A stretch of 64,000 bases of DNA from Blasia pusilla (taxonomy: Eukaryota): positions 28,210,001 to 28,274,000 of the forward strand of contig CM114271.1 in NCBI GenBank assembly GCA_050084515.1. The letters are read 5' to 3'. The notes beneath the pieces were generated by a model, which saw nothing but the letters and a program-made list of their open reading frames with translations, was not told the DNA's origin and searched no databases. Shown piece by piece: positions 12,730 to 26,100 of the stretch. Both the position numbers and the translations under genes were made by a program. Numbering within the stretch: the first letter of the stretch is position 1; each line of letters starts with the position of its first letter.

Positions 12730-15700
12730 CCTAAGGGATGCAATAATCATATTGCGTACCTCACCTATGTTGAGAGATATCTTTGAGATGGCTAAGTTCA
12801 TTGAGCATAACATGGCCGAGGAGAATTGAGAAGCCATGAGTTACATGAGATATCTATCAAAGTTGCCTACACCACCAGTGCAACAATGTGTATCTTCAGA
12901 GAGGAATACGACACAGTGAGTTAAGGGGGGTAATCATGAGCATGTCCCACAACAACCTACGCCATCATATGCCAATGAGAAGCAACCATGAGTTGTTTGT
13001 TGGGCATGTGGTGGAGCCCATCTCCAACCTGATTACAACCATCACTTATAAGGGTAGTGGATGCGTGCCCACTAGGAGTGTTCCAGTGTGACCATTGTCA
13101 AGGATATGTTCATAGGCGCACTTGACATTTTAGCCTACATCTTGAGCTATGTTCACATCAAGGGACAAAGAGGGCACCACATAGAGTTGGGAGTCTGTTA
13201 GGGTCAGGGTGAGACCGAAGGTCATGCACTAGGTGATCCCATTGGAGGAAAAAGAGCTGAATTTTTCTATAAGAGAGGTGGATATGCCCGTGGAGGATGT
13301 GCATGTAGAGATGTGCTTCCTAAATGAGTCAAGGGGGATTAATGGCATGAGGCTAGGATGGCTGCTCCGATAGAGCAATTACAACAAAAACTTTTTAGGA
13401 TGGCGTTGAGGTTACCTAATGCCAAGTCAATGACATTGACCTCATATGTAATAGCTAGAGACAAGGTTGGATGTGTAGAGTTGAAAAGACGAAGACAACC
13501 GCTATCATTATCCGTGGAGTAGCCCTAGAGATGGTTTGAGGGAGGGAGGGGGAGCCAAGAAATAGACTAGGCTTCCTCAATTAGTCATTTACATTGTCCA
13601 ATGCAATGAGGATCCTAATCACACTTCTTGGAGGATGGATGTTGTTGGTATGAAACCACGATGGTCGATGGGAGAAGCAAGCACGATGACTCCTATTATT
13701 CATTTTCAGGCGGAGCCCTTATCGAATACGTTGTTGGGAGCGGCCATTGCTATGAATCGCACCCATTGGTCTTCAATCTAGGATGTTGTTACATTGGGAG
13801 GTACGCGCATCAAGGAGTTTTGGCTGGCTACTACGCTTTGTGAGCATGGAGATGGTGTTACTGCCTTGCCCTGAGAGCTTTTTACAGAGGAGATGGTGGA
13901 CTTGCCCTTGGAGCCTTTTGCTAAGGCCGTATATCTCAAATTGATGGTAGGTTGTAGATGGTACGACCCATAATAGATTGTGCCATGGTCTCTTCCATTT
14001 GGTGAGTCGAGGAGGTAGAGTGATTTTTCTACAATGTGTCTTGCTAGACTAAGGAGCACAACCCCTTATGTTGGGGAGGCGGCGTTTACAATATTGGGCC
14101 TGATTAATGTGGAGCATTTTCCATTCAACATATAGACATCCTTGGGTGGAGTGATTATGAGGTAGTTTATCCCTCCACATTGAGGTCGTGGTGAGGATTT
14201 GACCACAACATCTGTAAGATGAGTCTATGATGCGAGCCAAGGCAATAGTGACCAATGCAAAGGCCTATGACATCTTGGTTGGCGATGCAATGTTGTACCT
14301 GATGGATTTAACCCTCGATTATATGGAGGATTCAATCCTATGGAGCATGATGGCAGTAATATGACGGGTGACTACGCTTGTTAGCTGTTTGATTCATGAG
14401 TGGAGGGATCAAGAAACAATCAAGAGAGGTGATAACTCACACAACATTCAATATCGCCATCACTTGGCACAGTAGGGCAAGTCGATGAAAATAACACATC
14501 AATGGTTCATACCCCTACATGCTATAGAGAAAAGTGTTATGGCAGATATTCTGTTGAGGAGAGGTGCATTTTAGGGCTCAAGTCAGGAGCTTCAATGCTT
14601 AGCTGATAACCATGTGTAGATGGCATGGAGTGAGATCTTTGCTCCACAGCATGACAAGTCAATGGAGCCTTAGGTAGCAAGGAGTGTTTTGATGTCATCA
14701 TGTCACCCTTGGATACAACACTGATTGTATGGCACATCCAAGAGAAGGATACTAAATTGTTGGATCTCTTTGGAGGGATCAACCCTCGGTTGGTTGCTAT
14801 TTTGCAGGTTTGAGTGCATATGTAGTAGTATTTGTATGTGGAACATCTGAGGTTGCAAGGCACATCTCACTATGACATGTGGCGTAGTTGCAACCTCATT
14901 TTTCCAACCCAAAACCTTTGGTATCGGCCGTACGGAGTTACCAGCTAGAGTTTCTTATCGAGGGATATTTCCTTGCTAGGGATCAAATCAATGACCATTT
15001 GGAGGTTGGCCATGTGAGATCTGGTTGAGAATTGGATTGGATGAGGTGGTGGTTTATCTTACACTCGATCCATGTTGTTTTGGGAGATGATGAGGGTCTT
15101 GCGCCACTTGCAAAAAAATTGGTCCCTTTCTCCAACTTACGTTGTAGAGATTCTAGGTCGTGAGTGGTGTTGAGTACACATCAGGTTCATGAAAGTTGGC
15201 CAAAAGATGTTTTTAGATGCGGAAACTGCAGGTTCACGAGCACATCGTCTGCTTTTGTACTAGACCAACTTGGTGCCATATGAGATGTTGAGGGCGTCGT
15301 ATGCGAGAGTGGCGCGTCCCTGCCATTATTTTGTCGATTCCATTTTGGATCCTCGATGGCAATCACAAGTAGTGAGGCACAATGATCGACCTATGTTGAT
15401 GGTGGTCAACACGATTGGCAATCTAAGGGCAATCTTTCCCGCTTTTGAGATTTTTCCCGCTTCCTATGCGTATAAGGAGTTTGGTCTTGGCTTGGTTTGG
15501 GATGACCAAGTAGCTGCTAGAGCCCAACGTCAAGTAGCTGCTAGAGCCCAACGTCAATGAGAGAGAGTGAGCATTGGAGTTCTCCACAAGAGTGACAACA
15601 GTACCGTTACTATCACATGCATCTCAATCTCATGTCTGAGGACCTAAACTACTAGAAATGCATTCTCAACTTAGTACTAGGTAAGCAATATCAGATACAA

Positions 15701-18700
15701 TTGCAACATATGACCTCTGGTGCACTAGTTAGCCATGTATCTATTAAGACGGTTGAGGCAGTGGTTGGGGGTGATATTTGAGGAGATTGACACTTTAAAG
15801 ATGATCAAGAGAGACATCTTTGGACTTCTAGGGATGTGTTGTAGGTACATCAAGAAGTGGGGCAACCATAGGGGCGAGCTCCATCTCAAGGAGTATTAGG
15901 AGGTGAGAGATCCGACTTGGTTGTAGAGGAGAAACCAACTTCTATTGGTTGCAATAGGGTTGCAACATATATAGCAACCAAAACCATCTATGGTACCTAC
16001 CGTAGTCACAATGGCGATTTAGGAGTATGATATGGGCCCTAATTTGACAAGAGGAACGAGATACATCAGTCCCTTATGAGTCATAAGAGTTTTTTAGCAT
16101 TCAATATGCATGATTTGGGTACAATGAAGGGTCCAAGATTCTGCATTGAGTTGTCTAGCGACATGCTGATCTTTCAACCGCCCTACAAGTACAGTGATAG
16201 TAAGAGGGATGTGATTCATAGCAGAAGTTGACAGGTGCTTGAGACATGACAAGTGGAGATGTTGCGTAAAGAGTGTGCATTTGCCATTGTCATGCCCACC
16301 AAGAAGGATGGGCATGGCAATTGGACGAATAGGTCGATGTGTAGAGATTATCAACCTATCAATGCCATTCAATGGCTAGATAGGGTTTAATAGGTATGTC
16401 ATGCCCACTCCTAAGGAGACCTTTAATACTATTGGGCATTCAAAGGTCTAGAGTTCTAAAGATCTTTGAGATGAATAGCATGAACTCCCTATCAGATTTA
16501 AAGATAAGAAGAAGAAGACATTTTGCAAATTTTGGGCATCGATCCTCACGAGAAGAATTTTTTCTACCAATGGGCTCTTACCATCAGGGTTAAAGAAGGC
16601 CTTGTCAAAGTTTTAGAGGGTAATGGATAGGACCTTGGCTAGTCTAGATTTTACTAGATATTACATTAATGACATTGTAGTCTTTAGCGCCACAATTGAG
16701 GAGTATGAGGAACATCTAAAGGAGGTGTTCCGACAATTGCAGTAATATGGTTTTAAGCTGAATCTAGGAAATTACAAGTTCTTCTACGAAAAAATTGAGC
16801 ATTTGGCTCATAAAATATATCAAAGTAGCCTTGGTGTTCCATAGATGAAGGTAGGTGTTATCTCATGCGTTCCACGCCCTACAAATATGAGTCGAGTTCA
16901 TGCATTCATGGGATTGGAAAATTTATATCGACGGTACGTTTGATTTCTAAGCTACTAACCTTGATGAGCAAGGTGGATCTCAAGTGGTAGAGCGGGGATG
17001 AGAAAGAGAGAGCATTTCAGGTGCTCAAGGATAGATTGATGTTTGTGTCTATATTGAGCACACCTATCACAAGCCATCCTTTCCAATTGCACACAAATTA
17101 GAGTATGTTGGACCTTGGAGCAATGCTCACCCAACATGATGCTGAGGATAGAAAGTTCATGGTGCCTTGCGCTAGTCACTTGAATACAATTTCAGTGGTG
17201 AAGTATAGCTTGTATATGGATGAGTGTTTTGCTGCAATACATGATATCTTGCATTTTAGATGTAACTTATTCAGAAATCCCTTGACCATCATTACTGATC
17301 ATCAACCACTCAAGTGATTGATGTAGTCCGAAAGCTTACATGAAAACTAGCTATGTGGGTTTTATTGTTGCACGGATATGATTTCCAATTGTTAAATCAA
17401 CCAAGGATGCTCCACCATGATGTAGATTGGTTAATTCTTAACCCATGCTCGGATCATTAAGATGCAACTAGAGCTTGAAGGCATGGAGAGACTGATGAGG
17501 AGATGGTGTTTGGATGGCACGTGTCAACATATTTGGGTTTGTTCGCTATGGACAACCAAAGTGTTGGGACTTTGATGGGGAGGTCCAATGGAGGGCCCTT
17601 AGATCCATAGGTCGGCGAGAAGGTGACAGATAGTCAAGATATCAACAAGGATTGGGTTAGTCTTGCAATATTTGCATACTTGCAAGCTAGGTTGTGAGTA
17701 TAGGGGGTTTTAGAGAGCAAGACCATATCCCATAATAAGTCAGACGATTCCAACGGGAGGGAACACATATGGATGTCTACGAGTTTTAAAGGTAGTAGAG
17801 TATGCTTAGTGCCTCATACTTTATAAAGAGCACCATTATTGTAGCACATCCATAAGGAGTTGGAACACTTGAGAGTAAAGCAGACTTATAATTTGCTCCA
17901 AATATTGTACTAGTGGCAAGGTATGCACACTAATGTTCAGTAGGTATTTCCAAATATATGGTATGTCATCAAGTTGGAGCATTATTCTGATTCATTGAGT
18001 ACTCTGGCTCCACTATTGCACCCACTCATGATTATGGGTTTAGGCTATGTATGGAGTTCGGATTTTGCATGATCTTTATTTTTCACCGAGCGTCATAGTC
18101 ATTTTGTGGTGATGATGGTCAAGCACTTCTTAAAAGTAGATAGAGTTTCTTGCATTTTTTGATAAGCAAGTAAGGAAGTAGATCCTAGATCGGGTGTTGA
18201 GTCATTATGGCGTACCAATTGATATGTTAATGAACCATGGCATAGAGTTTCACAAGGAGTTTCAGACCTTGTATGTCCAAGTGTTTATTAACCACTGCAC
18301 TACTTTGCAAGATCACCCTAAGAAAAATGGACTAGCGGAGAGAAGTGTTAAAATAATGACGAGAGGTTTACGCAAGTATGGCTTGCACAGATATCACCTA
18401 GGTGATATCTACAATTGCCATGATTGATGATGGGATACAAATTTAGCAAGCAAACATCCTTAGTGTCTCTTACCTTACTTGTTGCTTTATGTACAAGATC
18501 CTCATTTATCTACAGTCATTTTTCATGATGCTAGTGAGGTGTTGAACCTTGACGATCATAATATAAGGATGTGAGCATGTTCTCAAAGGGTTGATCAAGT
18601 TATTTTGGAGAGTTATGCCCATGATCTTCAAGAACTTGGTGATTAAGCAACATCATGATATGTTGATGTATGAAACTTTTTGGGAATGTGATTATCGACC

Positions 18701-19073
18701 AATGATTTGGAGATTTTATCAAGGAGACTACATCTACTTCCAATGTTGGATGTGAAAGTAGGGCCCACCATCTTGAGAATATGCGAGGTATTGCCGTCCG
18801 GTGTTCTCTTCTTGAAGGGTCGTAATTTAATCGTTTAGAAGCACCATGTGCGTGACTATGGGCCAAGTCACCTTCTTAACATTGATGGTTAAATTAATAT
18901 GAGCTTAGCAGTAGTTCGTGTAGGCTTATATTGTATGTCATGTGGATATGCCCGCGGTGTAGCCACTATACTAGTTTTTTCATGGATGTTCGAGAGTGTG
19001 GCACTTGATGTGTTTGAAACTACCTCTCACTAGGGTTCCTTAGGGACGATGGACCTATTCTAGACGTACATAG
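12730..19073 (+). pseudogene. Decayed Ty3/Gypsy gag-pol: gag, protease, C5-DNA methyltransferase, RT, RNase H, integrase, PHD finger
   Basis: Gag knuckle remnants at about 12995-13130, protease VLLD*GAQPLML at about 14040, DNMT motifs at 14757-15650, RT YIND at about 16660, RNase H IITDHQPLK, integrase NGLAER, and PHD remnant CMSCG...GCSRVWHLMCLKLPLTRVP*GRW at about 18930-19060. Confidence 0.85.
14757..15660 (+). pseudogene. DNMT3/DRM-like C5 cytosine methyltransferase domain within pol (decayed)
   Basis: Motif I LLDLFGGI (14757), motif IV GGWPC (15001-15015), LFWEMMRVLRHLQ, motif VIII FLDAETAGSRAHRLLLY*TNL, and a motif IX-like ERE remnant. Colinear with 57036-57990. Confidence 0.8.
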
Positions 19074-19265
19074 AGAAGGTAACAGGTAGTCATAGATCTA
19101 GACTTGCATTGGTGACATGGATGACAAGAAGACGACTAATATTAATGGGGCCACATGAGCACTTGACCCTTTTGCTCTTAGCGTCCTAGAGATGTGTGTC
19201 ATAGTAGGTAAGGATAGATAGCTATATGGAGTTAGAGGGACCTAACCATCAGCTAAGGAGAGGAT

Positions 19266-20375
19266 TAGAAATATTCTCGTACATAATTGTCTCGTTGTTT
19301 ACATACCATGGATACGGTATCTTGTGTGTTTTTGTTTATAATTGGTGACAAGGATGTATGTTGTATAATAATATATATACGCATGATAATTTTCATATAG
19401 ATTTTAGGATGGATTAATGAGTATCCTTAAAGCACCTTCAAGGAGATTGGAGGACATACTCAAGAGGTTGAGGATGACGTGTTAAGGCCTCAAGTAACCT
19501 GAGAGAATAGGTTTCCCCTTGGTTTTGGCTCGTTTGAAGCTTTTTATAAAAATATCCTAATTGGAGTATATTTCTATTATGATTATAATTGATTTTCCAA
19601 TTTCGAAAGAAATCTTTGATCCCCCCATATTAAGTGAAGAGCCAATGAGATAACTTGTGAGCATACGTTACCATTGAGAGAGCTTGGGAGAGGGAATGGG
19701 GTATACCCTAAGAGAGGAAGCTTTGGAGCTCATTCTTGCTTTATTTAACCTCTTCGCATGAGGTGGCAGAGCTATGGTCCTCCTTATCTTATGAGTAACA
19801 CAAGTCTTTGATCAACAGATTGAGTTTGGAACTTTGGTTTGACATGAGAGAGATGGATTTTTTGTAAGAGCTTTAAAGTCATCTTAATTTATTGGGGATA
19901 TTTTGACAAGGTTGGATGTGGATAAAGTCCATGTCCGTGGACTTACGTTCGTCCGATGGAAGGACTTGTCACATCTTATTTTCACGCAGGTAGACTTCTA
20001 TCGCGTCGACGGCATAGAGAGTCAACTGTTGAGCCCTACATGTATCTCATCCCCCCCACTTGCCTCCATATTCCGTACTTTCCCGTTTCTTCCTTTCCCC
20101 ACCTTCACTCCCTCCTCCCTCGATAATTAATTTCCTATCCTCCCCTTCCTTGCCTTGCTCCACAAGCTATAAGTATGGGCCCCACTTCTAATACTAATTT
20201 TTTTGTAGACATGTCCGCGCTAAGGATGAACTTGTCTGTTTTTGTACAACCATGTATTTTGGTACACGAGCGCCTCAGTATTCAGATGATATAACTGAAT
20301 ATGGTATCTTGTGTGTTTGTGTTTATATGTGGTGACAAAAATTTATGTTGTGTAGCAATATGTATGCGCATGAAA
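19266..20375 (+). repeat. 3' terminal A-B-A repeat block of the + strand copy
   Basis: A 19266-19388 follows a purine tract, B runs about 19391-19860, and A' 19893-20375 is split by a MITE. Confidence 0.7.
19907..20254 (-). mobile_element. hAT-type MITE, copy 2 (same family as 10149-10476)
   Basis: Ends CAAGGTTGGA...TACAACCATG. TSD TATTTTGA/TATTTTGG. Terminal sequences are the reverse complement of copy 1. Confidence 0.75.
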
Positions 20376-21329
20376 AGAATAACGTTGCAGCATTGCCATG
20401 ACCAGAGCAATTGGCGCCCTCTTATACACACCCAAATCTTTTATCAACCCAAAGTGCTTCATGGAGGCTATGAGAGCTTTGCTGCAAAAAATGTGCGGGA
20501 AAACAAAACATTAAGGGATTTCATGAAGCTGTTTTCTTATTATAACATAAAGGGAAATACATCAAGTTTTCAATTTTATAGCCCTCAAAGCTTATATGTA
20601 GTTTAAATTATGAACTAATGCCATCAATATTTGTTTTTGGGATTGTCGCATACTCCTAATAGTCCCAAGAGTGTCGCTGGGAGAGGATCATATGAGGAAA
20701 AAAAAAGACTAAATCACTAATTATAAATCTTGACTATAAAAAGTGGTTTGGTCTGTCCATGCGCAAAATGTTTTGGACAATATGGGCAGTATTTCTTTCG
20801 AATACGATCTGTCCCCTTGACGACAACAAATTTGAAACGGAACTCTCCTTGCCTAGTATTATACTACCTTTGCTAGAAATGTGGCTTTACAAATGTGGGT
20901 TTTGCAATGTCCAGAATCTTTAATTTCTAAAATGTGCAACTACTTAAATGTGAAGGTCTTAATTTAAGAACTTAGGGTCATATTTCATCATCTCAAAACT
21001 CTTTCATATAATCTTGATATGTTATTTGGAAATAAAATATTAGGTCACTAATTTTATGCATCTCTCACTTAGCTTCCATTCTTAAAATTTGGACTTCCAT
21101 AAGCATTAATGTTTTAATGTTTTTAGTTCAAATTTATTTTTGATTTTCCACGGGGAGCTTCTCTCTGCAGTGGTTTCTGAGAAATGAAGGCTAATCATAG
21201 GCCCCATAAATTTTGGTGAGTGGATAATATTAAAGGTCTCCTTTTATAAAAATTTTCCAAACATGGTAGGATTCTGTGTAAGGATAGTGTATATATAAAT
21301 AGGTCATTGCTTTCCTTGAGAAAAAAATG

Positions 21330-22120
21330 ATTTGAATTGAAATTTTTTCTACATAATATCTTTGACAACTATCCATATCCATCAACTGTGGAGCTTGTGT
21401 AGGAAATGTATTTTCTAGAAAGATCTTCGATTTTAATGAAGGAACTGACCTATCACATTACTATTGCAATCTAAGTTGCTTGAATTAAAACTTAGGATTC
21501 AATGTTTCCAATTCCAGTATAAGCAAATCATAATTTCCTAATTTGGATATTAGTGACGAGTTCGTACACTACTTGGGAATAAGCTTACTCGATCTTCATC
21601 TACTTTTAGATATGCTCTTTATTCAAGAAAGGTTTTTTCCTCCTTCCTACCATCAAACTTAAAATGGATCATCCAAGAAAAGAAATTGATTTGGAACTTA
21701 AGTTCTAAATAAGGTTATAGATCATTTCTACATACTACATTTGACAACCATCCACATCTATCAAAATTTTGATCATATATGGGAAATACTTTCCGGAAAA
21801 TCATATCTAATTTGAATGGAAGTTCTAACCTTTGATATTAGCATTAAGGTCTAAGTTCCTTCAATTGGAAATAAGGATCCAATTCAAGCAGGAGGAACTT
21901 CTAATTTCCTAATTTGGATATTTGGGACCAATCTTTACACTACCTTGGAATAGCATTGCAATATCATAATTTATTTTTAAACACAATGTATTGTTCAAAG
22001 GTTTTTGTGTCCTTTTAATAATCAGAATTGGAATAGATTGTCCCTAAATGGAGATAAATTTAAAACTTGAGTTCCAAATCATCTTGTAGATCATTCTATG
22101 TACTACCTTAGATAGCAAGC
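21330..22120. repeat. Degenerate tandem repeat of about 370 bp, with an inverted partial copy at about 23200-23295
   Basis: AATTTCCTAATTTGGATATT at about 21532 and 21904. TTTGACAAC...CCA.ATC at about 21360 and 21740. 23203-23292 resembles the reverse complement of 22017-22110. Confidence 0.6.
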
Positions 22121-22124
22121 CATA

Positions 22125-23100
22125 CAACAAGGGATTTTCTCTTGCTTGCGGTTGATTTGCAAGTCCAATTATCAACTTTGCGATTGTTTTGCAACTATTT
22201 TTTGAGTGTAGCTTGTGCGATTAGCTTGCACCTAACACGCAACTTGGAAATCTTGGTTTTTTTGCGAGTCTTGACACATGCAAGCTATTTTTTAATCATA
22301 TTTGTTATAAGACAACCGCATATAACATTGCAACTACCAATCCCCATGGAGTTGCAAAGAAGATTGTGTAGACTCACAAAATATGAGTTCCAAGACTCGC
22401 AACTAAGCTGCAATTGGGACTACTTTGCAAGTCCTTACATGAATTCTTAGCCATAAATTCCCCTTTTTCCTCCAATCGGCTCAATTTCCTCTTTTTCTCC
22501 TAGCTTTCTAAGACTCTTCTCCTCACTTCAAAACTAGGTTCTTCCTATAGTGAAGCTAACTCTAATTTGTTTTTTGGTGGGATTTTTCTCTTATGTTGAG
22601 GAACATGTTGATGCGAGAAGTTTTTTTCTTCCATATTTTTTTTCCAAAATTCTTAAAATGAAGGAGGATAAAAATATATGCTCAAGAAACAATTGGAAAG
22701 ATCCAAATCTCTCTTGAAATATGTCTCATAGACCCAAAACTGAGTCCAAATGGAGCAAAAAAGGGTAGAAAAAAACTAGTTTGCGACTATGGTTCAACTC
22801 TATTTTTGCATTTTTTTGTGATTACACAAACTCGCAAGTCAGACACTCTTTTTGAGCCAAGTGTGAGTACTGGGCGGTTGAGTTGTAGCTCTGTTGCAAT
22901 TGATTTGCAAGTCATTGCGACTGTCTTGTAAGTATGATAAAACGACACTTTAGAGCCATAACATAGTTGCAGAATGCGGCTCAAAATTTTAATCATGTGA
23001 CCATCACAATCACAAATTTGCGATTATCGTGGGTCTATGTAGCCATTGTGTTGCGAGTGGTTTGTGGTTGTTGGCACTCATAAAATTTCCTCAAATGTAT
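22125..23100. mobile_element. Non-autonomous DNA-transposon-like segment with subterminal TTGCAA/TGCGA/GTTGCA motif arrays at both ends
   Basis: Dense short repeated motifs at 22140-22440 and 22780-23060 flank an AT-rich core. No clear TSD. Confidence 0.4.
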
Positions 23101-26100
23101 ACTCAAACTTCTAAGTGTGTATGGGAAGCGTTGTCCAAAAATTGACATCCAAAAACCTTTCCCATTCAAGCTTGAATATTGATGCATTTAGTCTACTATC
23201 AAAGGGAGGATGTAGAATGATTTATAAGGTGATTTGGAACTCAACTTCGGAAGTAATCTCCATTCTTAGAAAATCCATTCCAATTCTTATTATCCAAATA
23301 ATTCGACTAACCCTCCACCTCTATCTTCCACTCCTACACAATGTGTATATAAGTTTTATGATCTTCTTACTCACTCTAATTAAGAACTTTTTTATTTGTA
23401 TAGGGGTTAAGTTGAGCGATGGTCAAGCGAGCTTGATCACTTGAGGCAAGACAATTTAAAATAACACAACAACTTATCTCTTAACAATTAACAACCTACC
23501 AAGTAACGCTTGTTCACAATGTGGAGGGTATGTGGTAAATCAAAATCTTGAACATATCATAAATGTAGTAAATTGTGCTGGAACTAACTCTAAGGAATTC
23601 TCTAGAGCATTTTCGATGCTCCCTTCTCTCTAGATGTTCATCAATACAAAAAAGGCATGTAAACTCTATGGATCTAGGTAGAATGAACCAAGGACTTGAG
23701 GTGGACCTCGACACACTAGAACAAATACATAAATGACGGTATGTGACAATGGGATGGAGGTTAACACTGGAAGGAAACAAGATTTCCAAATTAAGAGAAA
23801 TCGATTCCATAATCTCCTCATCCTCATTATGAAAATCTATGATGGAGGAAATAGGAGCTGAAATAAATGAAATAAACTAAGAGGAACTAAGTTTTGGAAT
23901 AGAGAATTAAAATATCCACTTTATTATAGAAACAAACCTCAAAAGAGGATTTCAGATATGAAATTATGAATCATCCATGTTATCATTGGAGAGTACCTCT
24001 TCATTTAAAAATCACTTTTTTCTTTTTACATATGTCTTTTTCAAGCGATAGAGTCATTCTAATTCAATGGCACCTTACTAGTGTAAAATTATATATGCAC
24101 CAGCTAGTAAAAGCATAAGCAAACCGAGAACGAGGGATGGTGAATGAGGGACGGGAGATCATATATTTGGCAGAGAACGGGCAATGAAGCAAATTTCCAT
24201 GACTGATAGCAGTCACGGAACCGGCTGACCCGGACGGAGTTTGCTCCGTCAATAATAGACCAGCCGAATGTAACGGACTGAAACCAGCCAAAACGGGCCG
24301 GATTCCTGGCGGTGGTGGCTCCGGCCGCCAAGAATTCAAGTCTTGGCGTCGCCGCGGCTGAATGGCTAGGCATGGCTTTTCCGGAAGGTTCGAGACAACG
24401 CGGGGTTTACATCTATCCCATTACTGAGGCAAGGGTATGCGTGCTTTGGCAGTACTCGGCTGTCCTGTGGATTCTGTCGGGTGCGCTTTCGAGTAGTGAA
24501 GTCAACAGGTGCGGATTCACTACGGAATAGTGAGTGACCTAAATTGTAGCATGTGTCCACTTCCCCTCATGCCCGAAGTCCGTACAATCAGGGAGTGATT
24601 TTCGCGGTCAGGTAATTGCTTCCAGGTCCTATCGCTGGGCCTGCGAATTTTTTCTTCTGTACGCTGCGCAGTCCGAACTGAAGATTTGCTTGGACACTAG
24701 CGCGACCAGGACTCGACAGTTTCAACGAAGTCTGTCACCAACGGCTAATCCTCGTTGCATTTGTTCTCTTCGTATTGTGAGGATCCGTGTTGACCGAGTC
24801 CATCATGTTACTGTTTCCCGACTGGAGGAGAGAACTCCTCGCTCTGTCATCACCTCTTGTGACTTGTTTTTCCGACTGTTTAATGTTTTCTTCGTGTCCC
24901 TTTTCCAATATGGCAGGAAACAGTGTATGCACGTTTTTTAACCCTTTGTAGACAGTAAAGAGACGTTGCGCAGCGATCTCGTGAAATAGAGTAAGAAGAA
25001 TGCACCGTATGTGTAGCTCAGAACTCAGGAAAGCCAAACGCAGGATCAGATTGGCGACCCATGTGTACAAAAGGGAACTCGCATATTCTCATCAGTAAGC
25101 CGGAAATAGGCAAATGCTAGGAAAGATATTATGACTCTGAATATCTCTCGAGCAGCACCTCGAGAGGCTCTCGAGGTGCTGCTCGAGAGCCTTTGATAAT
25201 TGGTGCCGAGCGTCACACGCACAGAAGAAGAAATGTTGATGCGCTTCCAAGGGTTTAATCCCAGGGTAATCAAGGGTAGATTCCTCTCTGCATGTGCTTC
25301 TATTAAGTACTATACGCCATTTTCGGCAGACGGCAGATAGCCTACATCCACCCTGTGAGTGTGAGTGTAGGCTTACACTTCGTCAGAAAGTGGATAGATA
25401 TTATTGCCAGTGGAAGAGAGTGCTATCCATGTACTCGGATGGCTGAAATGGCCTACGGTTTAAGGTCGATGAACCGCTAAAGTTCAAGTTCTATACCTCC
25501 ACCTACTTCTCAGAACGTCCAGGACTCCTCTTTTGATTTGTAGTCGTTGTGCAGGATCAAACAAGTTGATGGACGGTATCCTAAACCTAGTCACATCCCC
25601 AGTAGCTGCAAAACACCGAGCTGTAGGGTGCTTACCTGACAATCAGGAACATGAGAAGTCTTCCTAAATGTCAAAGGGTCGCTTTTGTCAGTGCCCCAGC
25701 TCACGGAGGATTCCTCCATCCAACGGCTTTCCTTAGAGCTTCAACGAATAGCAAGCTCCCCGCATGAGGGTTCACGAGCTCCTAACCAGATGATCAGGAC
25801 TCTGCGAATCTGGTAAACCCCTGTGAACCCATTAGAATTGGCAATTGGAACCATGTAGTGTGCCTTGAACATTGCCTTCAAGCATATCCACAACCCAGTG
25901 AGACGTAGCTGTCAGTAGGTTAAAGTGGAAATGGGGTCTGGGAGGTAGACAAAAAAACTACAATTGAACTCCGTTTCTCAAAACTACTACCTGGCCGGGA
26001 AGAGCAAACTTTTGGATTGGGAAAAGCCTAATTGTGGCGAAAAATCAACATTATTATCGAAGACCTCAATGACAACCAGGTGGCGAACCAGAGATGGCGG

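Noticed and set aside
20720-20900. Cys/His motif (YCPYCPKHFAH) on the minus strand
   Set aside because: Too short and interrupted to support a zinc-finger gene.
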